Shown one piece after another: positions 41,396 to 51,141 of a DNA stretch of 64,000 nucleotides. The notes beneath the pieces were generated by a model. That model searched no databases. It was not told the origin of the DNA and worked only from the letters and a program-made list of their open reading frames with translations. The first letter of the stretch is position 1. Each line of letters begins with the position of its first letter. Source of the DNA: Alphaproteobacteria bacterium. Lineage in GTDB: Bacteria; Pseudomonadota; Alphaproteobacteria; UBA828. The position numbers were made by a program, and so were the translations under genes. The stretch lies in the NCBI GenBank assembly GCA_963667785.2, contig CAXXMU010000005.1, forward strand, positions 256,001-320,000. The letters run 5' to 3'.

Positions 41396-41559
41396 CGGTC
41401 AGCTTGGATGGGGAGTGACCTCGCGACACACTATGTCGCAATGCCCGCTCGGCACTTTCCTACATAATCCCCGTTCTCGTGATAGCTCAACGCGAAACAT
41501 ACGCAAATCTCTCGCGTATAAGGCCGCGCTCAGGAAATAGTGCCAGCGGAATGGAGTCC

Positions 41560-41778
41560 TCAATGAGAACGAGCTGAGGATTGTGAGGATTGAGCTTCCG
41601 GTTGGAGAGCACGCTCGACATTCTGTTGGAGGTCGCGAGCTTCATCCGGGGTCAGCAGCAGAAAGAGTATCTCGTGACCATTGGCGGGTTCGACTCCCCA
41701 ATTCGGTGGCTCTATTGATACGTGGATCTCGATTACCTCGGTCTTAGGAAGAGTCAGCTTCTTTGCTGTTATGTCCAT
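41560..41778 (-). CDS. hypothetical protein (72 aa)
   Basis: GAGGA SD before ATG; LLLTPDEARDL helix. Confidence 0.5.
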   Translation of the reverse strand: MDITAKKLTLPKTEVIEIHVSIEPPNWGVEPANGHEILFLLLTPDEARDLQQNVERALQPEAQSSQSSARSH

Positions 41779-41797
41779 AGGTTCCTCACCGTCGAGG

Positions 41798-41826
41798 AGC
41801 CCGCGACCTTCTTGGTCGCGGGCTCA
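41798..41826. terminator. hairpin downstream of the YegP-like gene
   Basis: GAGCCCGCGACC-TTCTT-GGTCGCGGGCTC perfect stem. Confidence 0.6.
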
Positions 41827-41840
41827 AGAGTATTGGTTGT

Positions 41841-42014
41841 TCAGTCGCGCTCCCGCACTGGGGCAGTTGCACTCTGCTTGACGAGCTCTATGCCATGCAG
41901 ACAGTCCGCGCGGTTTATGTATCCCTCGCCGGAAGTGGCGATCGTTTCGTGGTTCCCGGCTTTCAGGGTCCACCGCCATTCGCCTCTGACATCCTTGTAG
42001 ACTTCGAAATACAT
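41841..42014 (-). CDS. YegP/DUF1508 family protein
   Basis: FEVYKDVRGEWRWTLKAGNHETIATSGEGY..RADCLHGI; AAGGAG SD. Confidence 0.88.
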   Translation of the reverse strand: MYFEVYKDVRGEWRWTLKAGNHETIATSGEGYINRADCLHGIELVKQSATAPVRERD

Positions 42015-42027
42015 GGAAGCTCCTTTC

Positions 42028-42250
42028 ATGATTGAGATCGTGGTGAACGGTATTCGGTACTAAAGAGTTCTCCTTCACCTACCCCTTCAACGGTAAGAAG
42101 TGGTGCGGTGGGGTATACGTAAGGACCTGGGAGGAGGCCGAGGCCAAGATAAAGGCCACGGGCTGGGGAAGGGCCGACGGAGAACATATCGCCTCGCCCC
42201 CCGCGTCGGTCGGGCCATGGATTCCTCCGTTGGTGTGGCTGCGAAATCTA
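42028..42250 (+). pseudogene. frameshifted small phage-like hypothetical gene
   Basis: MIEIVVNGIRY then a frameshift into KEFSFTYPFNGKKW...TWEEAEAKIKATGWGRADGE...WLRNL; resembles small phage proteins from memory only. Confidence 0.35.
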
Positions 42251-42820
42251 CTTGTTTTCGTCTTCGTCACCGGCGGTGCCAGGAGAAACAGGCTGAGCGG
42301 CGACAAGGGCCGCTGCATCAGGGGGAGAAGAAGATGCGGAGTGACTGGCCAATGGGTCTGGGGTTGTTTCTTGTTTTTGCTCTTCCTGTTGGGGTAGCGT
42401 TGTTGATTCGCTTCCTGGGGTAGGTTTCTCCAAAGAAGGTGTCTCGTCCTTTTTCGTCGCTCCGCGATCGGCGAACCAGTAGGTCACGATTGTCGTGGCG
42501 ACTGCCAAAGTCGCCAGATAAATGTCTTTGGCTTCCTGGAACATGGCCGATGTTGTTGTGGTCGCCCCATTGGGTAGCCTAATCTCCGTCTGGCCATCGA
42601 ACAGAGCCGTGGTGATTAGCAAGAGTCCACCTGAGACTATGTATAGCCCCGCGCCGTAAGTCACTGCGACGCGCACCATGCTTCTCCGCCCCTTGATTCG
42701 AGCGTCAATCGTCCCGAGGGGCCTTTGGTCTTCGCTAAAGCGGCCCACGAAAGTCCTCCACAACCATCCGAGCATTCTTGACACTTCTCCTACTATACTA
42801 GATGTAGAATTGAGGCACAC
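42248..42820 (-). CDS. hypothetical membrane protein with two TM helices
   Basis: Two hydrophobic segments, ..VTYWF..R motif, low-complexity acidic tail; start uncertain. Confidence 0.55.
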   Translation of the reverse strand: MCLNSTSSIVGEVSRMLGWLWRTFVGRFSEDQRPLGTIDARIKGRRSMVRVAVTYGAGLYIVSGGLLLITTALFDGQTEIRLPNGATTTTSAMFQEAKDIYLATLAVATTIVTYWFADRGATKKDETPSLEKPTPGSESTTLPQQEEQKQETTPDPLASHSASSSPPDAAALVAAQPVSPGTAGDEDENK

Positions 42821-42971
42821 ATATAATATATGTAGGTGGTTGTGTCAAATGGCAGGGTTGTTCAAGGCTGTAATCGGCCACCCCAGGCATCTCCGGTATG
42901 GGGGTTGACAGCCACAGCACCCCTCCGCTAGGCGTGTAGTCCAGCAGCACATCTAGTACAGTGAGGAGAAA

Positions 42972-43184
42972 ATGGCTCGTCTTTATGTCAACAGAAACAA
43001 ATACGATGGGCATCATGAGGTGCATCGCACCTACGCGACTTTCCCTAGGCACGCCAATCCTGAGAATCGCCGTGATCTAGGCGAGCGCCTACGATGTCAA
43101 TCGGCTCTCACCGCAGCTAGGAGCGCCGGATACTGTCCAGTCGATGGCTGTTATTTCTGCGTGAACGATTGTCATACGCGATGA
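42972..43184 (+). CDS. small Cys/His-rich conserved hypothetical protein
   Basis: GAGGAG SD; MARLYVN...HEVH...ENRRDLG...DGCYFCVNDCHTR. Confidence 0.65.
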   Translation: MARLYVNRNKYDGHHEVHRTYATFPRHANPENRRDLGERLRCQSALTAARSAGYCPVDGCYFCVNDCHTR

Positions 43185-43246
43185 AAGCGCTACCAGCCGC
43201 CGCCACCATCTTCACTTAGCCGAGTTTGACCGAATTACCCAGCCTT

Positions 43247-43259
43247 CTACATAATTGCC
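43247..43259 (-). mobile_element. orphan IS1595-like terminal repeat
   Basis: CTACATAATTGCC = GGCAATTATGTAG on minus; shares the TATGTAG core with the TIRs at 39504/41472. Confidence 0.45.
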
Positions 43260-43976
43260 CCCCCAATATCGAGCAAGCGCCGACCGACAGGCCGGCGACG
43301 AAGAGGGTCATCCCGGTTGCCAACATCCGACCGATCGCCATTCCCTCTCCTTTCGTTCACTCTAGCCAGGAGCACGCGGTACGATCGCTCTAGCCGCAGG
43401 GGACAGAGCGGGTCGACATGATCGAGTGCAGGTCGACCGGGTGAGCCTTCCACCATCAGCAAGCCTCCCCCCAGCGAGCTCTTCCTGTCTGTCGACAGTA
43501 ACCGCCGGAGCGGGCTGACGTTCTTTCGCAGCCGTGTAGCCGATCGGATGACGGGGTTGCGGATCTACCGGAAGGACCGAAGCTACCGCCGCCGGGCCGG
43601 CCGCACCGCTCGGGCGGCGGCCATCGGGGGTCCGGCCCCGCCGACGCCTGCCTCGCAACCCTACCGCAGCACCACCGTTCGACGCCACCCTTTTGAGGCC
43701 GGTTCACGCCCTCTGCACGGCTTGTATCTTTCCGCTTCTTCGGCCGTTCCCGCCCTCCGCGCCGCCGCGATTCCTCGCGACTTCTGCGCGGCGTATTTCC
43801 CCGCCCCTCAGCGCTTCCCCGCGGTGACCGCCAGAGCGGCGCGTCGATTGCGGACAGGCACGTTCAGCCCATCAGTGTTGGGGCGTTCGATATAGAGAGG
43901 GCATTGCGCTTCACGGGCGCCCTGTTGCCATAGCGCAGCCACGGGTCGTTCGGGCGACCGCGCCTTGCAGACCCGC

Positions 43977-44486
43977 TCAAGGCCTGTGCCACGCACAGGT
44001 TCCCCTCGAAACAAGCCAGTTCTCCGGCAGATAGCTCGTCGTGTAGGGGCAGTCACCGGTGACACCGGCATAGGCGCCCGTGCCCCCCACGATCCGCTGG
44101 CTCCCTTGACCGCCGCCGCCGGCCTCCAGATCGCCCGCGCGCCGCTCCGCCAGCAAGTACAACTCGTCGCCGGTGGAAGCGACCATGACGCAGGGCACCT
44201 CCAGATCGATCCCGGTTTCCGACTTCCTGGCGTACACCACGCACGTCATAGTGTAGTTCTCTCCTTTCGCGAACAGACCCCCGCTGCTCTCGATGATGGT
44301 GCCCGTGCCGCGCAGGGAACCGCCGGTAATCTCCCGCCCCGCATGCTTCAGCGTGGTGTAGTCGTGGACATGGGTCTCAAGGAGCTCGAAGCTGCCGTTT
44401 TCGCCGGCGGCGGCCGCTTGCACGGCGAAAACGATGCACAGCGCGCCAACGAATGCGGGCAGGAATCTGCTACACCGTATCTTCAT
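43977..44486 (-). CDS. hypothetical secreted beta-rich protein
   Basis: GGAGGAAGG SD, signal peptide ending VQA-AAA, IVGGTGAYAGVTG motif. Confidence 0.7.
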   Translation of the reverse strand: MKIRCSRFLPAFVGALCIVFAVQAAAAGENGSFELLETHVHDYTTLKHAGREITGGSLRGTGTIIESSGGLFAKGENYTMTCVVYARKSETGIDLEVPCVMVASTGDELYLLAERRAGDLEAGGGGQGSQRIVGGTGAYAGVTGDCPYTTSYLPENWLVSRGTCAWHRP

Positions 44487-44672
44487 TCCTTCCTCCAGCT
44501 CCTGCGCCCGCGATGCCCGTGGGCGTTCAGGGCTCGCGCAGCGTAGGTCGCACGGTATGCCGCGCACAAGCGCGATCGAGGTGATCGGCCGCTGCAGGGC
44601 AAAGCGACTCGGTCGCGATGGCGGCTCGACCGCCGTCCTGCGTGATCGTCGCCTAATCCAATGCCGCGGGGC

Positions 44673-45515
44673 CTACTGCTGCCGGCGTCCGCCGAAGGCA
44701 CCCGCGATACCGGCCCGCTCGAAGATGCCTCCTACCTCTTCCTGGCCAGGCCCGAAGAAGCGGCCCTCTATCGTATCGTCGACCGCGTCATGACGGGCGA
44801 AGCCCCCGTCCGCAACCGCCATGCCGGTCCAGGCCATGTCTTCGTAGGCAGCGCCCGTGCGCGCGTTGGCGAGGTCCGTGAACGTGACGTCCGTCAGCAT
44901 CCCGGATTGCCGCATCTCGACAGAAATCTCCGCGTCGCCCTGCACGACGGCCTCAAGGCTGGCCGCGGTTCCGGAATCCCGTCCAACGACGAACCCGCGC
45001 CAGTGCGCGCCCCCATCGGTCACCGCCGGGTTCTCGCCCGTGCTGTGGCCGAGGACGTACGAGTAGAAGACGGTTGCGCCGTAGTTCGGGTTCGTCTCGT
45101 CGGTGAACAGGTTGGCCTGCGAAGCGAAGAAGCTGTGCTCCATCCAGCCGCCGAACACTGTCACGTCGGTCTCATCGGAGCTGCTGCGCTCCACGACCAG
45201 CCGCACGCAGTTCCTGCCGGTCGACACCTCGAGCTCCACGTCCGCGGCACTGAAGCTGTCGGCAGAGAAAGGACGACGAAACCCAAGAGAACAACTCGCA
45301 TCACGGCATACGGTGGGCACGCGCTCTGCCGTCGTCGCCCCGGCGCGGTATCCCAGCGCGTCTCCGAAGAGAATGACGTTCGCGTCCCCGGCGATCCTGG
45401 CGTAGTCATCCCGCGCGATCTCCTCCACGGTTGGAGGAACGTTGTCGCTGTTGCGCAGGCATCCCGACAGCGCGACCAGGGCAAGCGCCACGACTGCCGT
45501 CGATAGCGTCCTCAT
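44673..45515 (-). CDS. lipoprotein with TbpB-like C-terminal beta-barrel
   Basis: Lipobox LSGC; FGGWMEHSFF, C-terminal IEGRFFGPGQEEVGGIF..GAFGGRR. Confidence 0.75.
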   Translation of the reverse strand: MRTLSTAVVALALVALSGCLRNSDNVPPTVEEIARDDYARIAGDANVILFGDALGYRAGATTAERVPTVCRDASCSLGFRRPFSADSFSAADVELEVSTGRNCVRLVVERSSSDETDVTVFGGWMEHSFFASQANLFTDETNPNYGATVFYSYVLGHSTGENPAVTDGGAHWRGFVVGRDSGTAASLEAVVQGDAEISVEMRQSGMLTDVTFTDLANARTGAAYEDMAWTGMAVADGGFARHDAVDDTIEGRFFGPGQEEVGGIFERAGIAGAFGGRRQQ

Positions 45516-45692
45516 TCGCCGTTCTCCCTCATGGTTTGACAGCGGCCGCACAGGCCCGGACAGTACCGCCTTGACGCCACCGGGTCCATGAGCCTCCGGA
45601 AGGGACGCTCCCGGCAAGTCCGTCGTGGCGGTGAGCCGAGACCCACCGGCCCGCCACGGCCGGTGGGTGCGCATGGGGGAGACCGGTCGAAC

Positions 45693-46937
45693 ATGACGAG
45701 TGCCGTTCGCCGACACTTCGGCAAGAGTTCCATGGCCATGCTGGCAGCGGCCTGCATGGCGCTGTTCGGAGCGGTCGCTACGGCGGATTCTCCGGCTCAG
45801 CTGAAGATCGGGCTGCTGATGGATCTGAGCAGAGGATCCCCCGAGGTACACGAGGGCAGGAAGCGGGGGTTCGACCTCGCGATATCACATGTCAACGGGG
45901 CCGGCGGCGTATTCGGACGGCCGGTGGCGACCGCTGTCGGGGACACGCGAGCGGATCCGGTCACCGCAGTCGCGGAGGCGCGCCGCCTCGTCGAAGAGGA
46001 AGGCGTGCACGCCGTCGTGGGTCCGAGCACCAGCGCGAGCGCGCTGTCGGTGGCCGCGCAGGTGACCGGTCCTGCCGGGATCCCCACCGTGAGCAACTCG
46101 GCGACCTCGCCTAGGCTGAGCCGGGCCGACGACGGGGATTTCCTGTTCAGGACCACCTACTCCGACATCCGGCAGGGTCCCGTCCTGGCCCGGGTCGCGC
46201 GCGAGCGCGGCTTCGACAACGTGGGCCTGCTTTACCGGGACGACGCCTGGGGGCGGGGCCTTGCCGGCGCCTTCGCGGCCGCGTGGGAGGGCGAGCTCGT
46301 GAGCGTCGCCACCGGGAGCGGGCAGACCAACTTCATGGCGGACCTGCGCGAGTCCGCGAGCCAGGGTGCGCAGGCTCTCGTGGTGATCACCTTCGAGACG
46401 GAGGCGGAGTTCATCGTCCGCCAGGCGCTCGACAGCAGCCTCTACGACCGCTTCGTGTTCGGCGACGCCGCCAAGCGGCTGAGCCTGGTCTGCGCCATCG
46501 GCGGCGACCGCCTCGGCGGGATGTACGGCACCGGTCCCGCCGCTCTCGGGAACACGGCCTCCGGGGCCGCGTGGGAGGCGGCGCATGTCGCCGAGTACGG
46601 CGCGTTGCCGGCGGCGACCTACGTCAGGGAGGCCTACGACGCCACGGTGGCCCTGGCGTTGGCTGCGCAGGCCGCCGGCAGCATCGACGGCGCCGCGATC
46701 CGCGACCGCCTTCGGGAAATCGGCGCCCCTCCGGGCGCCGCAGCCATCGCCGGGGCCAAAGGCATTGCCGGGGCACTGCGGGTTCTCCGCCAGGGAGGCG
46801 ACATCGACTACGAGGGAGCGGCCTCGGACATGGACTGGGACGAGAACGGCGACCTTCGCCGCGGCCGCCTCGGCATCTGGCGCTTCACCGCGGACGGGCG
46901 GATCGAGGAAGTGGAGACCGTCGTCTACGACCGCTGA
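45693..46937 (+). CDS. ABC substrate-binding protein, branched-chain amino acid family (orphan)
   Basis: LKIGLLM, NGAGGVFGRPV, SATSPRLS..DDGDFLFRT, DIDYEGA. Confidence 0.88.
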   Translation: MTSAVRRHFGKSSMAMLAAACMALFGAVATADSPAQLKIGLLMDLSRGSPEVHEGRKRGFDLAISHVNGAGGVFGRPVATAVGDTRADPVTAVAEARRLVEEEGVHAVVGPSTSASALSVAAQVTGPAGIPTVSNSATSPRLSRADDGDFLFRTTYSDIRQGPVLARVARERGFDNVGLLYRDDAWGRGLAGAFAAAWEGELVSVATGSGQTNFMADLRESASQGAQALVVITFETEAEFIVRQALDSSLYDRFVFGDAAKRLSLVCAIGGDRLGGMYGTGPAALGNTASGAAWEAAHVAEYGALPAATYVREAYDATVALALAAQAAGSIDGAAIRDRLREIGAPPGAAAIAGAKGIAGALRVLRQGGDIDYEGAASDMDWDENGDLRRGRLGIWRFTADGRIEEVETVVYDR

Positions 46938-47503
46938 CGCATCCAGAGTCGACCGCCGCGACACACACGACACAATTCTGCCGAGGCGGCTCCCGCCAGG
47001 AGCACGGACAGTCCCGTGCGATTTCGCAACCCCTTCGTGACACCGGCCCCGGTCGCGACGCGGTGGCCGTTGCGGCGGCCGCGACTGCGTGCGGCATTTC
47101 GTCGAAGAATAGCGGATTGAAGACCGCGGAAGGCTCGGGTGTGACCAACGCGCCGAAAGGCGTCCAGATCGCGCCTCCTGACCGTTCAAACCGTCGGGCG
47201 ATGAAAGCCGTTTTACAATCGGCGTTTAGCCCGAGCGGCGCTTGAGCGGCAGCGCCCGCCGCGCACTTGCGGGGACAGTCCCCGAACCGCCGCGCGGCTA
47301 TCGGTGCGGTCATGCGATCACCACCGCGCCCGCGATGCGTGCCGGTCGTCCGCAACCGGGCTTGCAGCATGCACAGGGCCGCTGCATCGTGACCGGTACA
47401 TGAGCCGAGCGGAGAGACATGCTTCGATGAACGCCGCGTCATCATCCTCGCGCACGACCTGTCGGTGTCACCGGCTCGGGTGTTCGTCGTCGCGGTCGGC
47501 GCG

Positions 47504-50344
47504 ATGACGCCCGGCGCGTTCATCGCCAAGTGGCGAGCGTCCGAGTTGAAGGAACGCTCGGCGTCGCAGGAGCACTTCATCGACCTGTGCCGGCTGCTCG
47601 GCGAGCCTACACCGGCGGAAGCCGACCCGGCGGGCGAGCGGTACTGCTTCGAGCGCGGCGCGCGGAAGGACACCGGCGGCGACGGCTGGGCCGACGTGTG
47701 GAAGCGCGGCTGCTTCGCCTGGGAGTACAAGGGCCGCCGCGCCGACCTCGACGCGGCGTTCAACCAGTTGCGGCAGTACGCGCTCGCGCTGGAGAACCCG
47801 CCGCTGCTGATCGTCTCGGACATGGCGCGGTTTCGCATCCGCACCAACTGGACGAACAGCGTGAGCGTGACGCACGAGTTCACGCTCGACGATCTCGCCG
47901 ACGGCGCGACCCGCGACAAGCTCAAGTGGGCGATGTCGGAGCCGGAACGGCTGCGGCCCGGCGAAACGCGGCAGACGGTGACCGAGCGCGCGGCGGCGAC
48001 CTTCGCGGAGCTTGCCCAAGGCTTGCGGGACCGGGACCACGATCCGCAGGCGGTGGCGCACTTCGTCAACCGTCTGGTGTTCTGCATGTTTGCCGAGGAT
48101 GTGGGCCTGCTGCCCGGCAATATGTTTGCCCGGATGCTGGAACGCACACGGGGCGACCCCGAGAAATTCGCGGACTACGCCTCGCGGCTGTTCGGCGCGA
48201 TGGCCACGGGCGGTGATGTCGGGTTCGAGCCGGTGGCATGGTTCAACGGCGGGCTGTTCGACGACGACACGGCATTGCCGCTCGACCGGGAGGGGATCGA
48301 GACGGCGCTCAAGGCGGCGGTGCTCGACTGGTCGGAGATCGACCCGTCGATCTTGGGCACGCTGTTCGAGCGCGGCCTCGACCCGGACAAGCGTTCGCAA
48401 CTCGGGGCGCACTACACCGACCGCGACAAGATCATGCGGATCGTCGATCCGGTGATCGTCCGTCCGCTGCTTGCCGAATGGAAGACGGCGAAGGCCGAGA
48501 TCGCGGCCACGGTCGAGCGTGCCGACGCCGCCGGCTCGCCCGCAGCGCAGACGCGGCTGCGGCGGCAGGCGGATCGGGCGCTGCGCGCCTTCCTCGAACG
48601 GCTTCGGGGATTTACCGTGCTCGATCCGGCCTGCGGGTCGGGGAACTTCCTCTATCTCGCGCTGCACGCCCTCAAGGACATCGAGCACCGGGTCCAGCTC
48701 GAGGCGGAAACGCTGGGTCTCGCTCGCGGGTTCCCGGCGGTCGGTCCGGCGAACGTTAAGGGCATCGAGATCAACGCCTACGCGGCGGAGCTTGCCCGCG
48801 TGTCGGTATGGATCGGGGAAATCCAGTGGATGCGGCGCAACGGGTTCAGCAACTCGACCGATCCGATTCTCGATCCGCTCGACACCATCGAATGCCGCGA
48901 TGCGATCCTCGCGCCGGACGATGGCGAACCGGACTGGCCGCAAGCCGATGTCGTGATCGGCAACCCGCCGTTCCTGGGAGACCGGGTAATGCGGGGCGGT
49001 CTGGGCCACGAATACACCGAGCGCCTGCGTCGGACCTACAAGGGTTCCGTTCCCGGTTCCGCCGATCTGGTCTGCTATTGGTTCGCCAAGGCCGGGACCT
49101 TGGTGGCCAAGGGCAGCACCGCCCGCGCTGGCCTCGTCGCCACAAACTCCATACGTGGCGGCAACAACCGGCCCGTCCTCGACCGAATCGTCGCCGACTG
49201 CTCTATTTTCGACGCATGGTCGGACGAACCCTGGGTGATCGACGGCGCGGCGGTGCGGGTGTCGCTGGTGTGTTTCGGCCCGCGCGACACGGGCCTTCCC
49301 ATCTCATTGAACGGCGAACCAGCGCCCCATATCCACGCTGACCTTACCGAAGATGGCATCGACCTGACACGAGTCACCCGGCTGGATCGCAACCGCGCGG
49401 TTGCGTTCCTTGGGGTCTACAAGAACGGCCCGTTCGATATTCCGGGCGATCTCGCGCGGGAGTGGCTTCGGCTTCCGGCCAATCCGAACGGTCGTCCGAA
49501 CTCCGACGTTCTCAAGCCGAGGTTCAACGGCATGGACTTGACCCGGCGTCCTGCGGGCAACTGGATCGTCGATTTCGGCGAGGACATGGGCGAGGGCGAG
49601 GCGACATTCTACGAAGCCCCGTTCGCGCACGTCGTCGAGCATGTGAAGCCGGTGCGCCTCGGGAGGCGACGGGAAAGGCACCGCAGATATTGGTGGCGAC
49701 ACGGCGAAACCCGTCCGGGCATGTGGCGCGCGCTCGACGGCCTGCCTCGCTTCATCGCGACCCCGACGGTTTCCAAGCATCGCCTGTTCGTCTGGCTCGA
49801 TGCGGGCGTGTGTCCCGATCACCAGTTGATCGTCATCGCCCGCGACGACGACACGATATTCGGCATCCTGCACAGCCGGTTTCATGAGGCATGGTCGCTG
49901 CGGCTCGGCACCAGCCTTGAGGACCGGCCGCGCTACACGCCGACCACCACCTTCGAGACCTTCCCCTTCCCGGAGGGCCTGTCGCCGGACATCCCCGCCG
50001 CCGAATACGCCGAGGACTCGCGCGCCATCGCCATCGCCGATGCCGCCCGGCGGCTGGTGGACCTGCGCGACCGCTGGCTCAATCCGCCTGAATGGGTGGA
50101 GTGGCTGGACGAACCGGCGCCGGGCTATCCTAAGCGAGCGGTCGCGCGCGGCACGGCGGCCGCGAAGGAACTCAAGGCGCGTACGCTGACCGCTCTCTAC
50201 AATGCCCGACCGCAATGGCTCGCTCAGGCTCACGACGCTCTGGACGCGGCGGTCGCGGCGGCCTACGGGTGGGATGCGGGACTTTCCGACGAGGAAGCGT
50301 TGGAGGAGCTAATTGCCATCAATGCCGAGGCGCATGAATCTTAA
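47504..50344 (+). CDS. type IIL (MmeI-like) restriction-modification enzyme
   Basis: N-terminal ADVW..FAWEYKG..QLRQY PD-(D/E)xK nuclease, GAHYT, LDPACGSGNFL, IGNPPF, C-terminal TRD and LDAAVAAAYGW. Confidence 0.9.
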   Translation: MTPGAFIAKWRASELKERSASQEHFIDLCRLLGEPTPAEADPAGERYCFERGARKDTGGDGWADVWKRGCFAWEYKGRRADLDAAFNQLRQYALALENPPLLIVSDMARFRIRTNWTNSVSVTHEFTLDDLADGATRDKLKWAMSEPERLRPGETRQTVTERAAATFAELAQGLRDRDHDPQAVAHFVNRLVFCMFAEDVGLLPGNMFARMLERTRGDPEKFADYASRLFGAMATGGDVGFEPVAWFNGGLFDDDTALPLDREGIETALKAAVLDWSEIDPSILGTLFERGLDPDKRSQLGAHYTDRDKIMRIVDPVIVRPLLAEWKTAKAEIAATVERADAAGSPAAQTRLRRQADRALRAFLERLRGFTVLDPACGSGNFLYLALHALKDIEHRVQLEAETLGLARGFPAVGPANVKGIEINAYAAELARVSVWIGEIQWMRRNGFSNSTDPILDPLDTIECRDAILAPDDGEPDWPQADVVIGNPPFLGDRVMRGGLGHEYTERLRRTYKGSVPGSADLVCYWFAKAGTLVAKGSTARAGLVATNSIRGGNNRPVLDRIVADCSIFDAWSDEPWVIDGAAVRVSLVCFGPRDTGLPISLNGEPAPHIHADLTEDGIDLTRVTRLDRNRAVAFLGVYKNGPFDIPGDLAREWLRLPANPNGRPNSDVLKPRFNGMDLTRRPAGNWIVDFGEDMGEGEATFYEAPFAHVVEHVKPVRLGRRRERHRRYWWRHGETRPGMWRALDGLPRFIATPTVSKHRLFVWLDAGVCPDHQLIVIARDDDTIFGILHSRFHEAWSLRLGTSLEDRPRYTPTTTFETFPFPEGLSPDIPAAEYAEDSRAIAIADAARRLVDLRDRWLNPPEWVEWLDEPAPGYPKRAVARGTAAAKELKARTLTALYNARPQWLAQAHDALDAAVAAAYGWDAGLSDEEALEELIAINAEAHES

Positions 50345-51141
50345 TGGACTTCCAGGGTATCAACGCCCGGATCGATCGTGCCGACAGACAAATTGAGACG
50401 CTCGGTGCTGACATTGACGAGTTATGCTCGGGCATCAGGCGGTCAATCGTTCACGAGATCGATAGAGACGCCGGCGAGCAGCGATGGATTTACCGCGGCG
50501 CGACGCCTGCAATTCCAATTGAATGGGCGATTCGATCTGGGGAGATTTTCTATAACTTGCGATCGGCTCTGGACTACATTGTGTGGCAGCTCGTTCTCGC
50601 TAACGAAGAAAAACCAACACGAGACACCCAATTCCCGATCTTGGATAAAGAAGCAGACTGGACGAATTTGAAGACTGAACGTAGTCTAAGGGGCGTTGCA
50701 AGAAAACACAAGATGGCAATTCGCTTCTTGCAGCCGTTCAACCCGTTTCTTCAACTGTCAGTAAATGGTGAGATCCGCCCTTTCAACGCCAAAGTGTTTC
50801 GGACACTGCACAAGCTTTGCAACGTGGATAAACACAGACACCTAAATCTGATCCTGACCTGGGCATACGGGATTGAACGGATTGCCTTCGGAGTGAACCA
50901 TCCCCCGCTCCGCTGTTCCTCTGTGCCACTAGAGGGAAAAGGGGAAAGAGGACCAATTAAACAAGACATGGTCTTGCTCGCCACCAATGATATCGAGCAA
51001 GAAATGATCCCGCGGTTTGTTATTGACGTAAAATTTGGCGAAACTGAACCATATACTCTGACAAGAGTGTCGGTTGTAGAGCAACTACGCGAGTGTCTTG
51101 AAGCAGTTCAAGGCGGTTGCGCATTGTTTCGGAAGGCATAG
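50344..51141 (+). CDS. hypothetical protein coupled to the type IIL RM gene
   Basis: TAATG overlap; AT-rich; NLRSALD..FPI..LQPF..LHKLCNVDKHR pattern. Confidence 0.75.
   Translation: MDFQGINARIDRADRQIETLGADIDELCSGIRRSIVHEIDRDAGEQRWIYRGATPAIPIEWAIRSGEIFYNLRSALDYIVWQLVLANEEKPTRDTQFPILDKEADWTNLKTERSLRGVARKHKMAIRFLQPFNPFLQLSVNGEIRPFNAKVFRTLHKLCNVDKHRHLNLILTWAYGIERIAFGVNHPPLRCSSVPLEGKGERGPIKQDMVLLATNDIEQEMIPRFVIDVKFGETEPYTLTRVSVVEQLRECLEAVQGGCALFRKA

Larger units (their letters stand above)
39504..41472 (-). mobile_element. non-autonomous IS1595-family cassette with passenger genes
   Basis: 24-bp TIRs GGGGACTATGTAGGAAAGTGCCGA (39504) and the reverse complement of GGGGATTATGTAGGAAAGTGCCGA (ends 41472); internal IS1595 transposase C-terminus. 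Confidence 0.85.

Noticed and set aside
39490-41485. Target-site duplication around the IS1595 cassette
   Set aside because: Flanks (CAGCCTGG and GTTCTCGT) do not match, so no TSD is claimed.
43265-43970. Long intergenic region screened for ncRNA or repeats (also 46940-47500)
   Set aside because: No repeat, conserved RNA motif or credible ORF recognised.
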